This document shows positions 47,278 to 61,140 of a DNA stretch of 64,000 bases, one piece after another. The DNA comes from Callorhinchus milii (taxonomy: Eukaryota). The notes beneath the pieces were generated by a model that was not told where the DNA came from, did no database searches, and worked only from the letters and a program-made list of their open reading frames with translations. A program made the position numbers and the translations under genes. The stretch is taken from assembly GCF_018977255.1 (NCBI RefSeq), contig NW_024704742.1:99884001-99948000 (forward strand), written 5' to 3'. Numbering within the stretch: the first letter of the stretch is position 1; each line of letters starts with the position of its first letter.

Positions 47278-49336
47278 AGGCATCTCTATGACATAATGAG
47301 GTGCTATATCGAATGCAATGTTATATTTATGATTAAGAAGTGCCTTAGACAGGGAGGGGTTTGCTGAAATCAAAGGGCACTGAGCCTTTCCCACCTCTAC
47401 TCTGCAATATTGCTGGATCTTGGATGCCTTTTCAGTAGAAATATTATACAATGTGGTGTCACCACTGATAATTATCACATCAAGTTACAATTTCCACCTT
47501 TAAATAAAATACTTGACTTTTTATTGAATATTAATCTTTGCTTTTGATACAGCACCTGATCAGCATTGTAAGACACTACCCTGTGTGAAGAATGCTATAT
47601 AAATGCAACTTATTGTTGTTATATCATGCATTGAAACATATCAAAGATTTACTGTCGCTTGTAGTAACTGGGTATTTTATAGGCAATTTATGAGCAAAAA
47701 GTTGATTTTCATCATTTCTTTATCATGGTCCTTTTTCCTCAGTGCCATAAACTGGCTACAATTTCAAACAAAACAAGTTCGATTGTAGAGGCAATTCAGT
47801 GAGATGGTTCTTTGTTCTCAATTTTTAGAGCGGGGACAAATATGACATATTTTTCCCTTTAGGACCTCGTTTCCTTAATGTGTGCAGAGCTAGCCTTTTG
47901 CTAAGCTCCATAATTCTTAAGTAACTAATTAGATAGTTTAGAAAACCTTCTTAGAAATAGCTATTACTCTCAAATTTTAATTATTGTGGCTTGTTTTTTT
48001 AAAGCCAGGCATTGCTTACAGTTCCCAAATTCTTCTGTGATTGATTTATACTGGTTATTAATGAACCACTGTTGCTCCACACTCTAGCACTTTGATATCT
48101 TAGGTCTTGTAATGCATGCTGCAATGCCTTTCTATTTAACCCAAATCATATAGAATTACATAGACTGTACTGTGCTGGAGATTATATTCCACGTGAGCCT
48201 TCACCCTTCCTAATTCCCCCTTTCCTTACCCTTCACCCGTAGCTGTCTACTTCCCTTCTCCCATGCATTGATTATTAGTAACACATGCTTAGTATTCACA
48301 AAAAGAATCTAAAATCACTGCTGACTACAAAGCTTATTATTCTGCCCCACATCTGAATTATTGGTCAGTTGACACTGTTCTATTTGAGCAGTCATTCTTT
48401 ATGGCTGCAATGAACTGGTGATGAGAAATTCAAAAGTCATAGTAGGCGAATTTAACAGTAAAATGAAACTGTTTTTATCACACTCATTGCACTCTGTTTT
48501 AGCACACCATGTTAATGCAGCAGAGACTATTGCAGATAGGACGACAATTCCACTCACTGATATCAACAAAAAATGTATTTCCTGCACTCACCCGCTCTTC
48601 CAATCAATTCATCATTGAGCTTGAGCCTTTACTGAGACCTCTAGTATTACTGAAGGGAATTCACAGCATCAGCACCTGATATGATTATGTGCAGAAAGAT
48701 TTATTCGCACTTTAATGTCAGTTATTCAATTTTATGTGTCTCTACTTCTTTTCAATATATTTTGAGAAGATGAACACCTTGCAATTGATTCAGACGGTCA
48801 ATAAAGAAGCCAAATATTTTCAGCAGAATGTGTGATGCCCTTTTTCATTACTGCGTCTATTACTCTGTGGGCCATTGAGAATATGTGCAACATTATTAAA
48901 GCAATGATAGAATAACCCGATAGGATTCTTGTACAAAATCAAAGACAGGATTATCCAATGTGCAGCTATTACAGTATTAGGGGTGGTAAATGGAGAATAT
49001 TCACACCCAATTACTGCTCAAATGCTAGCGTGTGAGTCATTGCTTTTCACGTCTTCGTTTACTGTCAGTAAATTAAAGCATTCAGTGGAACGTTGGATGC
49101 GATCATACAAATTAAAAAGCTGAACAGTAGGAAATTAATGACTTGACCTTTGATAACAAGTCAGGATGTATTCACGTTGGTGGGAACAGAAGGAAGATGA
49201 TGTGCAAAACCCCATTAAAGCCTAATAGTGTGTTTTTTTTTCAAGCAGAAACACTGTAATAGCCCAGGCTTCCTACTCTGGGGAGTTTGCCCTGTTTACA
49301 CAACAGGGTGGATTCTGCACAATCTGCAGCAATACA

Positions 49337-50630
49337 CAAACAACAACAACAAATTCCACTTGTATAGCGCCCTTCATGTCGGAAAGATGTCCCAGGCTGC
49401 TGGACGATCAGGGCTTTGAACCCGAGCTAGGAGTTGAGGTCAGAAGGGGAGGAGGGCAGAGCGAGTGGGGGTGGGAGAGTGGCCGAAGGCACGATCGAAG
49501 AGAAAGGTCTTCAGACGGGACTTGAAGAAAGCAAGAGAGATGGTTAGGCAGATGGATTGGGGATAGAGTTCCAGAGTGTGAGGACAGAGATGCTGAATGC
49601 CTGACCGCCAATAGTGGGAAGTGAAGCAGGAAGTGCGGGAGATCTGAAACAGGCCAGTGTCCACGGAGCGAAGGGAGTGGACAGGCTGATATAGGGTTAT
49701 GAGGCTGAGAGGTGGGGGGGGGTTGGGGGGGGAGCAAGGCCGTGGAAGGCTTTGAAGGTAAGAACAAGAGTTTTGTACTCGATTCTCTGAGGAATGGGGA
49801 GCTAGTGAAGCCGGGCAAGAATGGGGGTGATGGGTTCCCGGAGCCTGGCGCAGGAAAGGACACCGGCTGCAGAGTTCTGATTAATCTGCAGCTTGTGGAA
49901 GGAAGAGTTGGGAAGTACAGTGAGCAGGCAGTCTAAGTAGTCAAGCCGAGACATAATGAAAGCATGTATCAGGGTCTCGACGGCCTGCGGTGAGCGACAG
50001 TGGTGGATGTGGGCAATGTTGCGGAGGTGTGGAAAGGCGGAATGGATTATGGCACAAATGTGGGATTTGAAGATAGCTGAGGGTCGAAAAAGACACTGAG
50101 GTTTAAGATTGGCTCGGTGAGGTGACGAGTGTAGCTATAAATGGTGACAGTGTCAGCGGCTGAGGTGAGGAGGCACTGCCGGGAGCCAAGCAGGAGGGCC
50201 TCTGTCTTGCTGAGCTGGAGGAAGTTCACTCTTGTCCAGGACTTGATGACAGACAAACAAAAGGAAGGTTTGAAATGGGGCGTTAGTTGGAGACCAGAGA
50301 TGGGTCAAGGGAAGGTTGTTTTAGGGTAGGGGTGATGACGGCTGTCTTTAGGGGGATGGGTGCAGTGCCAGTGACAGGGAGAGGTTAATAAGGTCTGTCA
50401 GTAGGGGGACAAGGAGGTGGAGCTGGGAGATGAGGAGAGGAGTAGGAATGGGGTCAAGGGAGCAGTTGGTGGGTTTCAAACATAAGCGAAAAGGGAGAGA
50501 CAGGGTCAAAAGTGTGGAGGGAGGGATGGCGAGTCTGGAAGGGGAGCGGGAGGTGGGAACGTGTGCAACTAGAGGGGCTAGAGGCGGCAGAGTGGATCCC
50601 TTCGACTTTGGACTCGAGGAAATCCATCAA
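49337..50630 (-). mobile_element. L2 copy with the RT core deleted (junction near 50255-50265)
   Basis: Pre-RT region (FLESKVEGI, CSLDPIP, KTAVITP) followed directly by IKSWTRVNFLQL.. and the C-terminus and tail. Confidence 0.9.
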
Positions 50631-50749
50631 ACAACTACATGGGTTTGAAGGTTACGCATGAGACTAATTTCTGCACACTGGAAGATCAGCAGGAGAGAGC
50701 CAGCAATAAAATGTTGATCCGTACTTCAGTATTACAGTACAGTATAAAT

Positions 50750-51005
50750 TTACATTTATGTAGCACTGCTTTCACATTGGGAGAACATCCAAAAGTGCTT
50801 ACCAATACCATCTTGGCAACCGAGGTAAAGTGGTAGCGGAGAATGGTGGGGGAGGGGGAGTAAGATGACTGAAAGCACAATCATAGAGGTAGATCTTGAG
50901 ACAGACATTGAATGAGGTGAGGGAAAGACCAAGTTGAAGGGATTCCAGGATTGAGTTCCATAGAGTAGGGACTGAAAGCCCGACAGTAAGAGGGGATAGG
51001 GCAGA
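50750..51005 (-). mobile_element. Short decayed L2 3' fragment
   Basis: ORF 50799-51011 reads PTLWNSILESL..SFNVCLKIYLYDCAFS; decayed tail. Confidence 0.75.
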
Positions 51006-51104
51006 AGACAAAATTAGGTGTCAAATTGGCTGAGCTCTCCCTTCTTGGTCTGAAGCCTAACAGTCTTTAATAGTTTAAATGACACTCCAGGACAACGATG
51101 AAGG

Positions 51105-51400
51105 ATTTCTGCATGGTCAGAGTTTCCATCCTTTGGATGCAACATTAAGCTGAGGACCTGTTTACCTGTTCAAGTGGAAGCTAAATATCCCAAGACACTA
51201 TTTCAAAAGAAAAGAGAGTTTCTCCCTGTGTCCTAGCCAACCATTCTCCAGATAAATTATTTATTCACTTCACAGCTGTCTGTGCTGAGTGTAAATTGGC
51301 TGTCGTGTTTGCCTACGAATATATAGGCATTATCCTTTACAGCAATTATTTGTGTAACATTTTGATGTTTAGGTGCTGTTAGGAAAAAGGATTATTAACA
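51105..51400 (+). mobile_element. SacSINE1-like DeuSINE fragment
   Basis: ctttggatgcaacattaagctgaggacctgtttacctgttcaagtgg..gtgtcctagccaa..aaattggctgtcgtgtttgcctac. Confidence 0.7.
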
Positions 51401-51423
51401 TTATGGAAAATACTCAGCATCAA

Positions 51424-52763
51424 TGCCCACAGCACAGAAGCAGCCCTGGTCAAAGTCACTAATGACATTCTGAACATCTGTGATTAGGACTCCCTCTGCC
51501 TCCTTGTCCTCCTCGACCTCTCTGCCACCTTCTGCCACCTTCGACACTGTCAACCACTCCATCCTCATACGCCGTCTCTCCTCTTTACTTAACCTTCATG
51601 GACCTGCACTTGCCTGCTTCGATTCTTATCTCTCTCACCGTTTCCACTTTGTGGCCTCTAACGGTTTCTCCTCCAGCCCCCGCACTGTCACATCTGGCGT
51701 CCCTCAGGGCTCTGTCCTTGGCCCTCTCGTCTTTAATATCTACATGCTCCCCCTTGGTGACATCATCCACAGACATGGGGTCAACTTCCATATGTATGCG
51801 GATGACACCCAACTCTATCTTTCTGCCTCCACCCTCAACTCCAGGACCACTGCTGTCCTGACAGACTGCCTGTCGGACATCAAGTCCTGGCTGAGGGCAA
51901 ATTTCCTACAGTTGAATGTGAACAAGACTGAGGCCCTCCTGATTGGCTCGCGCCAGCGCCTCAGCACCTCAGGCCCTGGCAACATCAACCTCCATGGCTG
52001 CACACTACAACTCACCAAACCAGTCAGGAACCCAGGTGTCTTGTTCGACCCTCAACTGTCTTTTCTTCTCCACATCCAAGTCATGACCTGCTCTGCCTTC
52101 CCTCACCTCCATAACACCGCCCGACTCTGCCATTACCTCACCCCTCAGGCCGCTGAAACTCTTGTTCATGCCTTCATCACCTCCAGGCTCGACTATGCAA
52201 ACACTTGTTGGCCTTCCCAACTCCTCCCTCCACAGGCTGCAGATAATCCAGAACTCTGCAGCCCATGTCCTCTCCCGCACCAAACTCTGTGACCCCATCT
52301 CCCCCATTCTCACCAGACTCCATTGGCTCCCTATCCTTCAGAGGATCCAGTTCAAGATCCTGGTCCTCACCTACAAAGCTCTCCATGGCCTCACCCCACC
52401 CTATCTCTGCGACCTCCTAACCCGCTGCCAACCCGCCCACTCCCTCCGCTCAGTCGGCTCTGGTCTGCTCCATGTCCCCCGACCCACCCACCCCACCATC
52501 GGTGCGAGAGCCTTCAGCCACTCTGCCCCCAACCTTTGGAACTCCATCCCCCAATGACTCCGCCTCACCCCCTCCTTAGACTCCTTCAAGTCCCGCCTCA
52601 AAACCCTCATCTTCGACCATACCATCGGTTACCCCCCTTCCCCTCCCCTCTCCCTCCCTGACCCCAACTCAGGTCTGAAATGCTGTATGCTGTCCAACGC
52701 CTTGGGACGTCCTCCCGACATGAAAGGCGCTATACAAATGTAATCTTGTTGTTGTTGTTGTTG
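51424..52763 (+). mobile_element. 5'-truncated L2 LINE (RT core to tail)
   Basis: ORF 51480-52292 with [10 protein letters not shown] and YADDTQL; 52162-52557 with QNSAA, LHWLP, LWNSIP; stem-loop and (TTG)n. Confidence 0.95.
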
Positions 52764-53070
52764 CAGCACTGGGATGTGCTATATTGTTGGAGATGCCCTC
52801 CTTTGGATGAGATATTAAACTGAGGTCCCATCTGCCTATTCAGGTGGATGTTAAAGATCTCATGGCACTATTCAAAAAAAAGGGAGTTTCCCCAGGTATC
52901 GTGGCCAACAAATCTCCAAATAGAATTGATTATTCACTTCATGGCTGTGTAAGGAACATTGCTGTGTGCAATTTGGCTGCCATATTCACCCACAAAATGT
53001 AGTCACGTCATTGTACAATAAATCATGTGAAGCACTTTGAGTCATCCTCCTGACGTGAAAGGAACATAAG
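52764..53070 (+). mobile_element. SacSINE1-like DeuSINE lacking its head
   Basis: ttggatgagatattaaactgaggtcccatctgcctattcaggtggatgttaaagatctcatggcactattc. Confidence 0.8.
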
Positions 53071-53396
53071 AACATGAAATTTTCCCATCCACTACTGTAT
53101 ACTAGTTGGCTGGGCAGAGATAGCCAGTTAAGCAGGTTAGTTTTCTCACCAATCCCCTGACTAATAGTAATTGTCAATCTAAAATCTTCCTCCCACCCAC
53201 CTCGGTGGTGCCTGAATGAGTCCTTTGACAGCTGGCCCAGATTGGCGTATCCCTGAAAGCAGTTGATATGTTCTTTCTTTCTGACCATGTGGACACCTCA
53301 AAGCGATTCACAGGATATTTATTGTAGGTAAACAATACATTTATTTAAGTGACTATATATTGTTTTTCTCATGAACACAGCAACCAACCTGTATAC

Positions 53397-53695
53397 AATA
53401 ATAATAATCCTTGCATTTAATAGAGCCCCTTATCACATCTTTGAGACATCTTTAAGCGCTTCACAGAATATACTGTAAAATGAATTGACCGTATTTTTTG
53501 GACAAAACGCAGCAGCCAATTGCATGCATCAGTGTGCCACAAACAGTCGTGGATTGAGTGGCCAAATTATTATTATTTCTTTTAAAAATTTGAAGGGATT
53601 ATTATCCCTGGAAAAGCGATCTGCCAATCGACTAACTGGGTTCCTACTTACTGCTAGGTAAACAGAGTAAGGAAACTTGCCTACGGTTTTGCCCT
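53397..53695 (-). mobile_element. Young SINE, head missing
   Basis: Antisense tail through ..cctacttactgctaggtaaacagagtaaggaaacttgcc. Confidence 0.85.
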
Positions 53696-56600
53696 ATGTA
53701 TTTTGTAGGTGAATGTAGCAGCCAACATGTACATAGCAATGTCCCATAAACAGTAATGAGATGAATGATCAATTTTACTTGGGGCATTGTTGGCCAGAAT
53801 ACCAGGAGAAACTCCCTTCTCTTTAAAACAGTCAAATTCAATTGATTTATTCTTTTCAGTACCTCAAGTGTAAAAATTAAGGGCCGTGGTACCTCTGTTC
53901 TCTCAAGAGGAGACCAACCACCACGTTATGAAGGAATATAGTTGTGGTCCTTCCACAGTACAGACAATCAATGGTGCACAATGGCTCTAGTGCTTTTGAT
54001 GCTGGGGAGAGAGTTGTGTTGCTAGTGGAAGGGAGCATGCCAGAGATAAATAATTTGAGATGTGGGGAATGGATGAATATGCTGGAATTTCTTCGTAACT
54101 TTAGGGAGCAGAGAGTATTTTTTGCAGAAACGTCCCTCTGAAGATGAAATGAGCTGAATGGAGCCCATGATAAAGGACTGTGGAACTATACCCCTGACCT
54201 ATCTGTTCGACCACATCTATGGTCACCTGTTTCTCTCCTCCTTTATTTTTGAACTTGAGAATAAAGGGATTGAATTTGCTTGTTTTAAAAGAGAAGGGAG
54301 TTTCTCCAGGTGTTCTGGCCAAATTACCATTCTCATTTCATGTTTCATTGATTTCTTATTGTAATACTTATCTATTTTTAATAAGAAAATCTATCTAACT
54401 ATTCTTAGATTTTAGGGTGTTTCGGTAAAACAAGACTGAAGTTGTTTTTAATATCTGTGTAAAGTTTGTCTTTCCAATTCAGTTTTATTATGCTTTCCAA
54501 ACTATTGGTCCAGTATTCTTGCCTCACCTTCTACACATCAATCCAACACAGGGGTGTCCCAGATATTCACTTCACTATTAACATCGTAAGAGGTTGAGCA
54601 GACACCTAAAGATTTTAAAACTTCCCCATACTGGAGACCTGATCTTTTCCAGTTCCTTTGAAAATTAAGACTGAAGTGTATTTTGCAAGGACACGTCCCC
54701 TTTATAATCAATTACATCTTGAAACACTCCCATTGTTCAAAGAGTTTTTATTCAGTGTTAAATCCATTCATGAACACTGTCTCTGAAATGAAATATTTTA
54801 TTATGTTAGATAATAATTTTGCATCATATAGTCAACCATTAAATCCTTTGGTTCGGTTTCTTTAAAAGAATAAATCCCAGGCCAGGTTATTCTGAATAGG
54901 ACACTTTATTTTTATATTTACATGGTGTGCATACTTTGTTACTGAATATGGAAGCAGAATCCACAGAGGCACACATCTGGGATAACAGCTGGCTCTGAGC
55001 TCATCAATTATCCACCTCTGATCAATTCAAAGAAATCCACTTTAAATGTCTTCATAGATTTACTACACTGCATGAGTACGGGATTAAGTATCTTCCTATG
55101 CAATCGTCTAACTGGTTCAGGTGAAACAAAAAACGTGAAACTTTCTTGCACTATTCTTTTGCCCTATCCAAACGTTTATCTTATTTAAGTGCATGCATAT
55201 TGTTCAAAAATTTGGTAACACAGATACATGGTCCTTGGAGGTTTAGAACCCATTGGCTGTTCGCTTTATAATTGAAATGTTCTCTTTACTGCTCAGATAC
55301 CATGGTTCCCTAGGCAAGTCCATGATACAAGAGGTAGGTTCTGAAGAACCACCATCCCATCACCTGTGATGATTCAAACCTGGGAACAGGCCCATGTCCA
55401 CCTGTTTTCTCATCTAAAAATGGTGCATAACATTTTATGCAACAATACAAATGTTATATTACTGAAATTATGTCTGCACGTTTTAAAACCTTAGAGTTTC
55501 TTTTAAAGTAGCATTGTGTAGTGCATTAGGACCACTAACATGTCTAGCCATGGCAGTAGAGGTCAAAGGTTCAAACTCGCCCCCTGAATTCCTGTTCACA
55601 GATCAATGACCATGGGGTAGTACTAAGAGGATAGTCAGTAGTTCTGAGAAGTGGGGGAAAGGCCAGTGTTGTCCATTTCGTAGCAGCTAGTTCACAATGT
55701 TATTGAGAGAGGCCTGTAGGAAGCAAATTGATTATTCCCCCCACCAACTACAATACAGTAGTCACAAGACCACAAGATTAGTCTGGATGAAGAAGGCTTT
55801 TCAGCCCATCCAATGTCATCCCTCCTAAACACCCAGCATGCTGTGCCCCCATTGACTGAATCAAGCTGTTTTTTAAAAATGAAATGTATCTCTGTACGTC
55901 ATTGTACCAGTGTAATGCAGAAAAGTCAGGGACAATATTTCAGAGCTCCCTTTTAATGTCAATGCCTGAAATGGAACAATGTAATGTCGATTGTTGATAA
56001 AAGCTCTTTTATCTGTGATCTTGCCGGATATAAGTAAACAAATATTATATCAACGTGATCCTTTTGCCTGCTGTGCCTCTGCTTAGCAGCATGTTGCATT
56101 ATGATGGCGTCAATAAAAAGATGTGTCAATACTAGAAACAGCCTGCACTGTTATAGCCATGTTAATAAATCAAATAGCCTGCCAAGCAACACCGGATTTA
56201 TAATGTGGAAATGATTGCCTCCCAGATCGATACATTCAGAGGATTGTCTTCAATGCCCATGAGCATGGTTTTAGTTTTTTTTTTATAAGACAAAATGCGC
56301 ACATGCCATGCCTCTTTTGCCCTAACATCTGTAGTCGAGCTTTCAGTCACTCTTTGCAAATCTCTCTCAAAATCTCTCCTTCTTGCACCTTGCCTCTCTG
56401 CTTTCAAAACTTTTCTAAATAAAAAATAGATAATAAACAATCCTTACATTTGGTATTGTGTATTTCACTTCAGGACGAACTCTGAAAGCACTTCACAGGA
56501 TTTACTGCAATATGTAGTGATTATGTTTTGTAGGGAAATGCGGCAGTTAATTTGCACAGAGCAATGTCCCACAAACAGTCATGAAGTGAATGATCAATTA

Positions 56601-57721
56601 ATTATAAGTCTTTGGCCAACTCCCTCATTCACCCTCCCCCATTTCCCACCTTTCTTTGGTGTCCATGTTATCTCTGTAAAGCACCTTGGAAATTATATTA
56701 TTTCAAATATTCTGTACAAATGAAATTCATTGACTAATCCATTCAACTGATCCATTGGCTGCAATTGCAACCACTGCAATTTTGGCTAAAATTTATAACT
56801 GAAAGTAAAGTTCTCCTGCACTGACATTTTCCGTTATCTAAAATAAAACTGACTAGAGCGCCCAGTCATTTGCATTTGGGAATGGCAGCCGTGTGTGTGT
56901 TGGAAACGCCCGTGTTCCTAAAGTGTTTGCAAAAGATCACAGTAAAAGATGGTGTCAATTTTCCCCCTTTCCCCCACCCCAAATGGGCCCTTTCAAACCA
57001 ATAATGCTTCAAAGATTTTGACTTGAGTCATGGGTATCTGCCAATGAATTACAGGAGTATTTAGCAATGAGGTCAATTGTTTGTACAGTCTGGACCCTTG
57101 CCGATAATGTCCAATGTTCACGTCATATCTATATGCCTGGCAACTGGTACCTCGCTAACTCAGTGACTGTGAGTTTTCTCCTCCACTCCTAACCCCTCAG
57201 TGCAGAAGGACAAAAACAACTTGATGAATTGTAAACAGAATCCAGAGGTTGTGGCCTGAACTTATTCCTCCGTTCAAACAAGTCCAACATGCTCCAGCCT
57301 AACCAGTTAGACTCCCATACATTTCCTAATTGGAATGATGTTGGGGGCGAGCCCTCCATTCAGGACCACAAGTTGATAAGCTCCCACGGGCCATTAAATC
57401 CATCTCTGTACATTCTTTCTGTTATTCTCCATCAACGGTCATTGGGAACAACGTCATCTGATTATTCATCTGATTATTCAGGGACAGAATGTTTTGGGCT
57501 GTTCACCGTATGACCTAACTGATTCCTGGCCTCCTTTCCCTAGGTCTGCAATGTCCTGATTACGCTGACTTCTCATTTAAATAAAGCCTCTAGTTTAACC
57601 ATCACTTCCGTGACCACTGGCAGCAGCAAGGCCACTGATCTCTTAATTAAGGTTCATGCTCCAGTAGCAAGCAATGTGAACACAGAGCAGCAAGTCAATA
57701 CCACATTTACATTGGTTGTTA

Positions 57722-58053
57722 TGGTAATAATAATCCTAATAATCTTTGCATTTGATATTGTGCCTTATCATGTCGTTGAGATGTCTCGAAGCACTTCCTA
57801 GAATAACATGGCAGACAATTATGCACAGCAGTGTCCCGCAAGCAGTCATGAATTGAGCGACCCAATTATTANTTTTTTGAAGGAATTATTGCCCCCGTAA
57901 AACTGATCCGCTAATCAACTAACAACTGGATTCCTACTTTATTGCTAGGTAAATGCAGGCATGTTGAGTAAGAAAACTTGCCTAAGGTTTTGCCCTGCCT
58001 AGGAGTCCTCTCACCTGCGAGGCAAGTGCTCTAACCACTACGCTACAGTACTC
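57722..58053 (-). mobile_element. Young tRNA SINE (older, partly deleted copy)
   Basis: ..gtcctctcacctgcgaggcaagtgctctaaccactacgctacagtactc is the antisense head. Confidence 0.85.
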
Positions 58054-59262
58054 ATGTAGTATGGTATGGTCCTACTGCATGCAGCACCTTATAGGGGTTG
58101 AAAAAATGATCTTCAATATGCCTTTTGCCATCCATCCCTTTTTGTCTCTATGTTAGGGTGACCATACATTCTCAAATTAGTTATTGTGTCCCTGGCCAAA
58201 TGTGCCCTGTCTTGAGTTCAACAACAAACTGAGCAAGGAACATTAAAATTCTAAAACAGGTACAGTGCACTCATCAGAAAAATACAGCCATTAATCCAAC
58301 ATCTTCTCCAGTATTGTCAGCATCAGGAATTATAGAAAGTTCATTTTCTTTTGATATGTGTGTCCCTGAATTTGGTTTACAAAATATGGTCATTCAACAC
58401 CATGAATTCAGTCAGTACTCTGCGTTTGTAAGAATAGGTTTTGCAATAGGAACAACTCATATACAAAACCATCACAGGAGTGTGAAGGGTAATATGGTCA
58501 CTGAGCTGTGGTAACAGGAAGTGAAGTCCTGTATCCAGATCACCGTTATATGATAAACGTAGAGTGCCAATGAGGAAAACATGAATCCACATCTAACAGC
58601 AGGGCCTTCACATGAACCACCAAAGAGGATGGTTTACACAGGAGTAGGGCAGGGTGGGAAAGGAAACCAAAGGTAAAGGGATTTAACAGAATCAAGAGCT
58701 TTTTTGTAAAAGAGAGGTGAAGCTTTTGCAGGAATAGGCAGATCCTGGATTTCCATCTGATGTCCACAGAAAGTGCTGGACCAGTGTCATTTAAATTTGA
58801 TAACCTGCAGGATTATTATAATTACCTTGAAACCAGAAGAGAAACAAATCATTTTTCACCATATTCCTCCCCACCCCCATCAGCCTAGGGCTGATCATTA
58901 CGAGCAAGTAAAAGACAGAGCTGCTCTGTAAATCTAATGCCTGGAGAGAGATCCTGCCTGTGCAATGATTAGGCAGGTGCTTGTCCATTTCAACAGTTTG
59001 CATTAATAGGGGTCCAGTTTACAGAAGATTATTTTTACCCTTTTGCTGTGATATGAGGACACTCATTGCCCAATGCTGATTTGAAGTCGTTTTTAAAATT
59101 AATTACAATTATTATTTTCCATTAAAAAGGCCTGTTTCTTTCCCCACTTATTTTCTTTTCCGTAATAAATTTCAGCGCATGCAGCAACGAAAAATTAGCT
59201 ATTACATGATGCATTTGCTGATTTGGTGGCTTAAACTGTAAGAGATTACGGATGTGTAGATC

Positions 59263-59310
59263 TAAACCTATCTTGATTTTCTGTTGAGCAAGACAATCAA
59301 GATAGGTTTA
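59263..59310. repeat. 48-bp near-perfect hairpin
   Basis: taaacctatcttgatt (59263-59278) and aatcaagataggttta (59295-59310) are a perfect 16-bp inverted repeat, extending to 19/20 with an 8-nt loop. Confidence 0.9.
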
Positions 59311-59341
59311 TTGCAATGTAATTCAAGTATTGGATTAGTAA

Positions 59342-59510
59342 ACCCTCTTCTTCGACTGTACCTTCGGTCAGCTTCCCACCATCACCCACCCTTGCCCTCC
59401 CCCCCCTTTTGACTAAGCCCGCAGCTTGGGTGCATACCCTTAACTATCCAACACCTTGGGACATCCTCCCGATGCGAAAGGCACTATATAAATGCAATTT
59501 GTTATTGTTC
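59342..59510 (+). mobile_element. L2 3' end
   Basis: accctcttcttcgactgtaccttc..ccaacaccttgggacatcctcccgatgcgaaaggcactatataaatgcaatttgtt. Confidence 0.85.
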
Positions 59511-60195
59511 TTACTGCTTTAAAACAATTCTTTAAAACTGTATAATAATCAGTAACTGTAGGCTCATATCAATAAGGAAGTGAGCTTGCTGTAAATAACA
59601 GCTTTAAAATGAGTTCACTGCACCTACGACACCCCATTCCTCAACTGCTGGCTTTGTGTCTATCCCGAATGCTTCATCCTTTATCAGTCATTGCCCCACT
59701 TTGAAGATGTAACAAGAAGCTCTGGTTAATTAATCCCATCACACACTCCAACTGCCACACAACCTTCTGAGGATCTCCTACTGTCATGCAACACCTGTTT
59801 CCACCCTCCACTCTTTCCTTCATCTATCATTTAAGTCTAATGACCCTGCTGTAAATTGTAAGCCTTTCATTGCAGGTTAAGTGGATCTAATTTACATTTA
59901 ATGACTCCACTGGGCACCAATGGTTTTATGTCGCTATTACCTTAGGGTCAGTCCTTGTTTGTAAAGGAAAACAGTTTGCACAGTCCTGCTGTGGTTCACC
60001 AGATTTGCCTAAGGGCAGGATGCACCACTCCCTGATCATGTAAACACAAGTGAATCAACAGAAGTGAAGTCTAATTCCCGAATATCCATGTCAGTATAAA
60101 TATACATTTATTTTTGAGAAATACAACTCAAATATTTCCCAGGGATTCCATAAGTAACTAAAATTTTGGGGTGAACACTGTGTTTTTCACCACTT

Positions 60196-60852
60196 TAATA
60201 ATAATAATAATCCTTGCATTTGATATCGGGCCTCATCAAATCTTCTAGACATATTCCTACAGTTGAATGTGAACAAGACTGAGGCCCTCCTGATTGACTC
60301 GCGCCAGCGCCTCTGCACCTCAGGCTCTGGCAACATCAACCTCCATGGTTGCACACTTCAACTCACCAGCCAGTCAGGAACCTAGGTGTCTCGTTCGACC
60401 CTCAACTGTCTCTTCTTCTCCACATCCAAGCCGTGGAATTCCATCCCCCAATCACTCCGCCTCGCCCCCTCCTTAGCTTCCTTCAAGTCCCGCTTCAAGA
60501 CCTTCCTCTTCGACCATGCCATCAGCCACCTCCCTTCCCCTCCCTTCCCTTCTCCCCCCGACCCCAGCTCGAGTCTGAAATGCTGTATATTATCCAGGGC
60601 CTTGGGATATCCTCCTGACGTGAAAAGTACTATACAAATGTAATCTTGTTGTTGTTGTTGTTGTAGACGTCTCAAAGCGCTTCACAGAATATACTGTAAA
60701 GTGAATTAACTGTATATATTTTGTGAGCGAAACGTGGCAGCCAATTGCGCACATCAGTGTCCCACAAACAGCCGTAGATTGAGTGACCAATTTATTATTA
60801 TTACTTTTTTTGAAGGAATTACTACCCCTGGAAAAGCGATCCGCCAATTGAC
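60196..60852 (-). mobile_element. Young SINE 3' portion split by an antisense L2 insertion
   Basis: SINE tail at 60196-60250 and 60664-60852, with tagac duplicated at the break. Confidence 0.9.
60251..60663 (+). mobile_element. Internally deleted L2 3' copy with 5-bp TSD (tagac)
   Basis: Closely matches 51903-52080, then jumps to the WNSIPQ region and tail; tagac at 60246-60250 and 60664-60668. Confidence 0.9.
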
Positions 60853-60859
60853 TTGGCCA

Positions 60860-61140
60860 AGTCCATCCTTCAGATGAGACTTTAAATCAAGGTCTTGTCT
60901 GCCTGTTCAGGTGGATGATAAAAATTCCAAGGCACTATTTGAAAAGAGAAGCGAGTTTCTCCCAGTGTCCTGGCCAACAATTTCCCAGAATAAAATTGGT
61001 CTTTCCATTGTCACCGGGTTCCATGGTTGTTTGTGACTTGCTGTTTGTGACTTGCTGTTTGTGACTTGCTGTTTGAACCATTGCTGTGCACAGCTGGCTG
61101 TTGCATTTCTCCCTCAAAATACACAGTTACTTTACAGTAT
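60860..61140 (+). mobile_element. DeuSINE body; its tail continues at 62433-62512 after an L2 insertion
   Basis: cagatgagactttaaatcaaggtcttgtctgcctgttcaggtggatg..gtgtcctggccaaca..ctttacagtatat, then gaagtgctttgagacatctcaatgacatgataaggcgc. Confidence 0.8.
61028..61075 (+). repeat. 14-bp tandem repeat (tgtttgtgacttgc) x3.4
   Basis: Three exact units plus tgtttg. Confidence 0.95.

Noticed and set aside
57290..57520. Weak resemblance to a Gypsy protease on the minus strand (LVVLNG..LGN.W)
   Set aside because: Too few motif matches to support a call without a profile search.
61028..61075. CRISPR-like repeat
   Set aside because: Head-to-tail 14-mers without spacers, in a vertebrate context.
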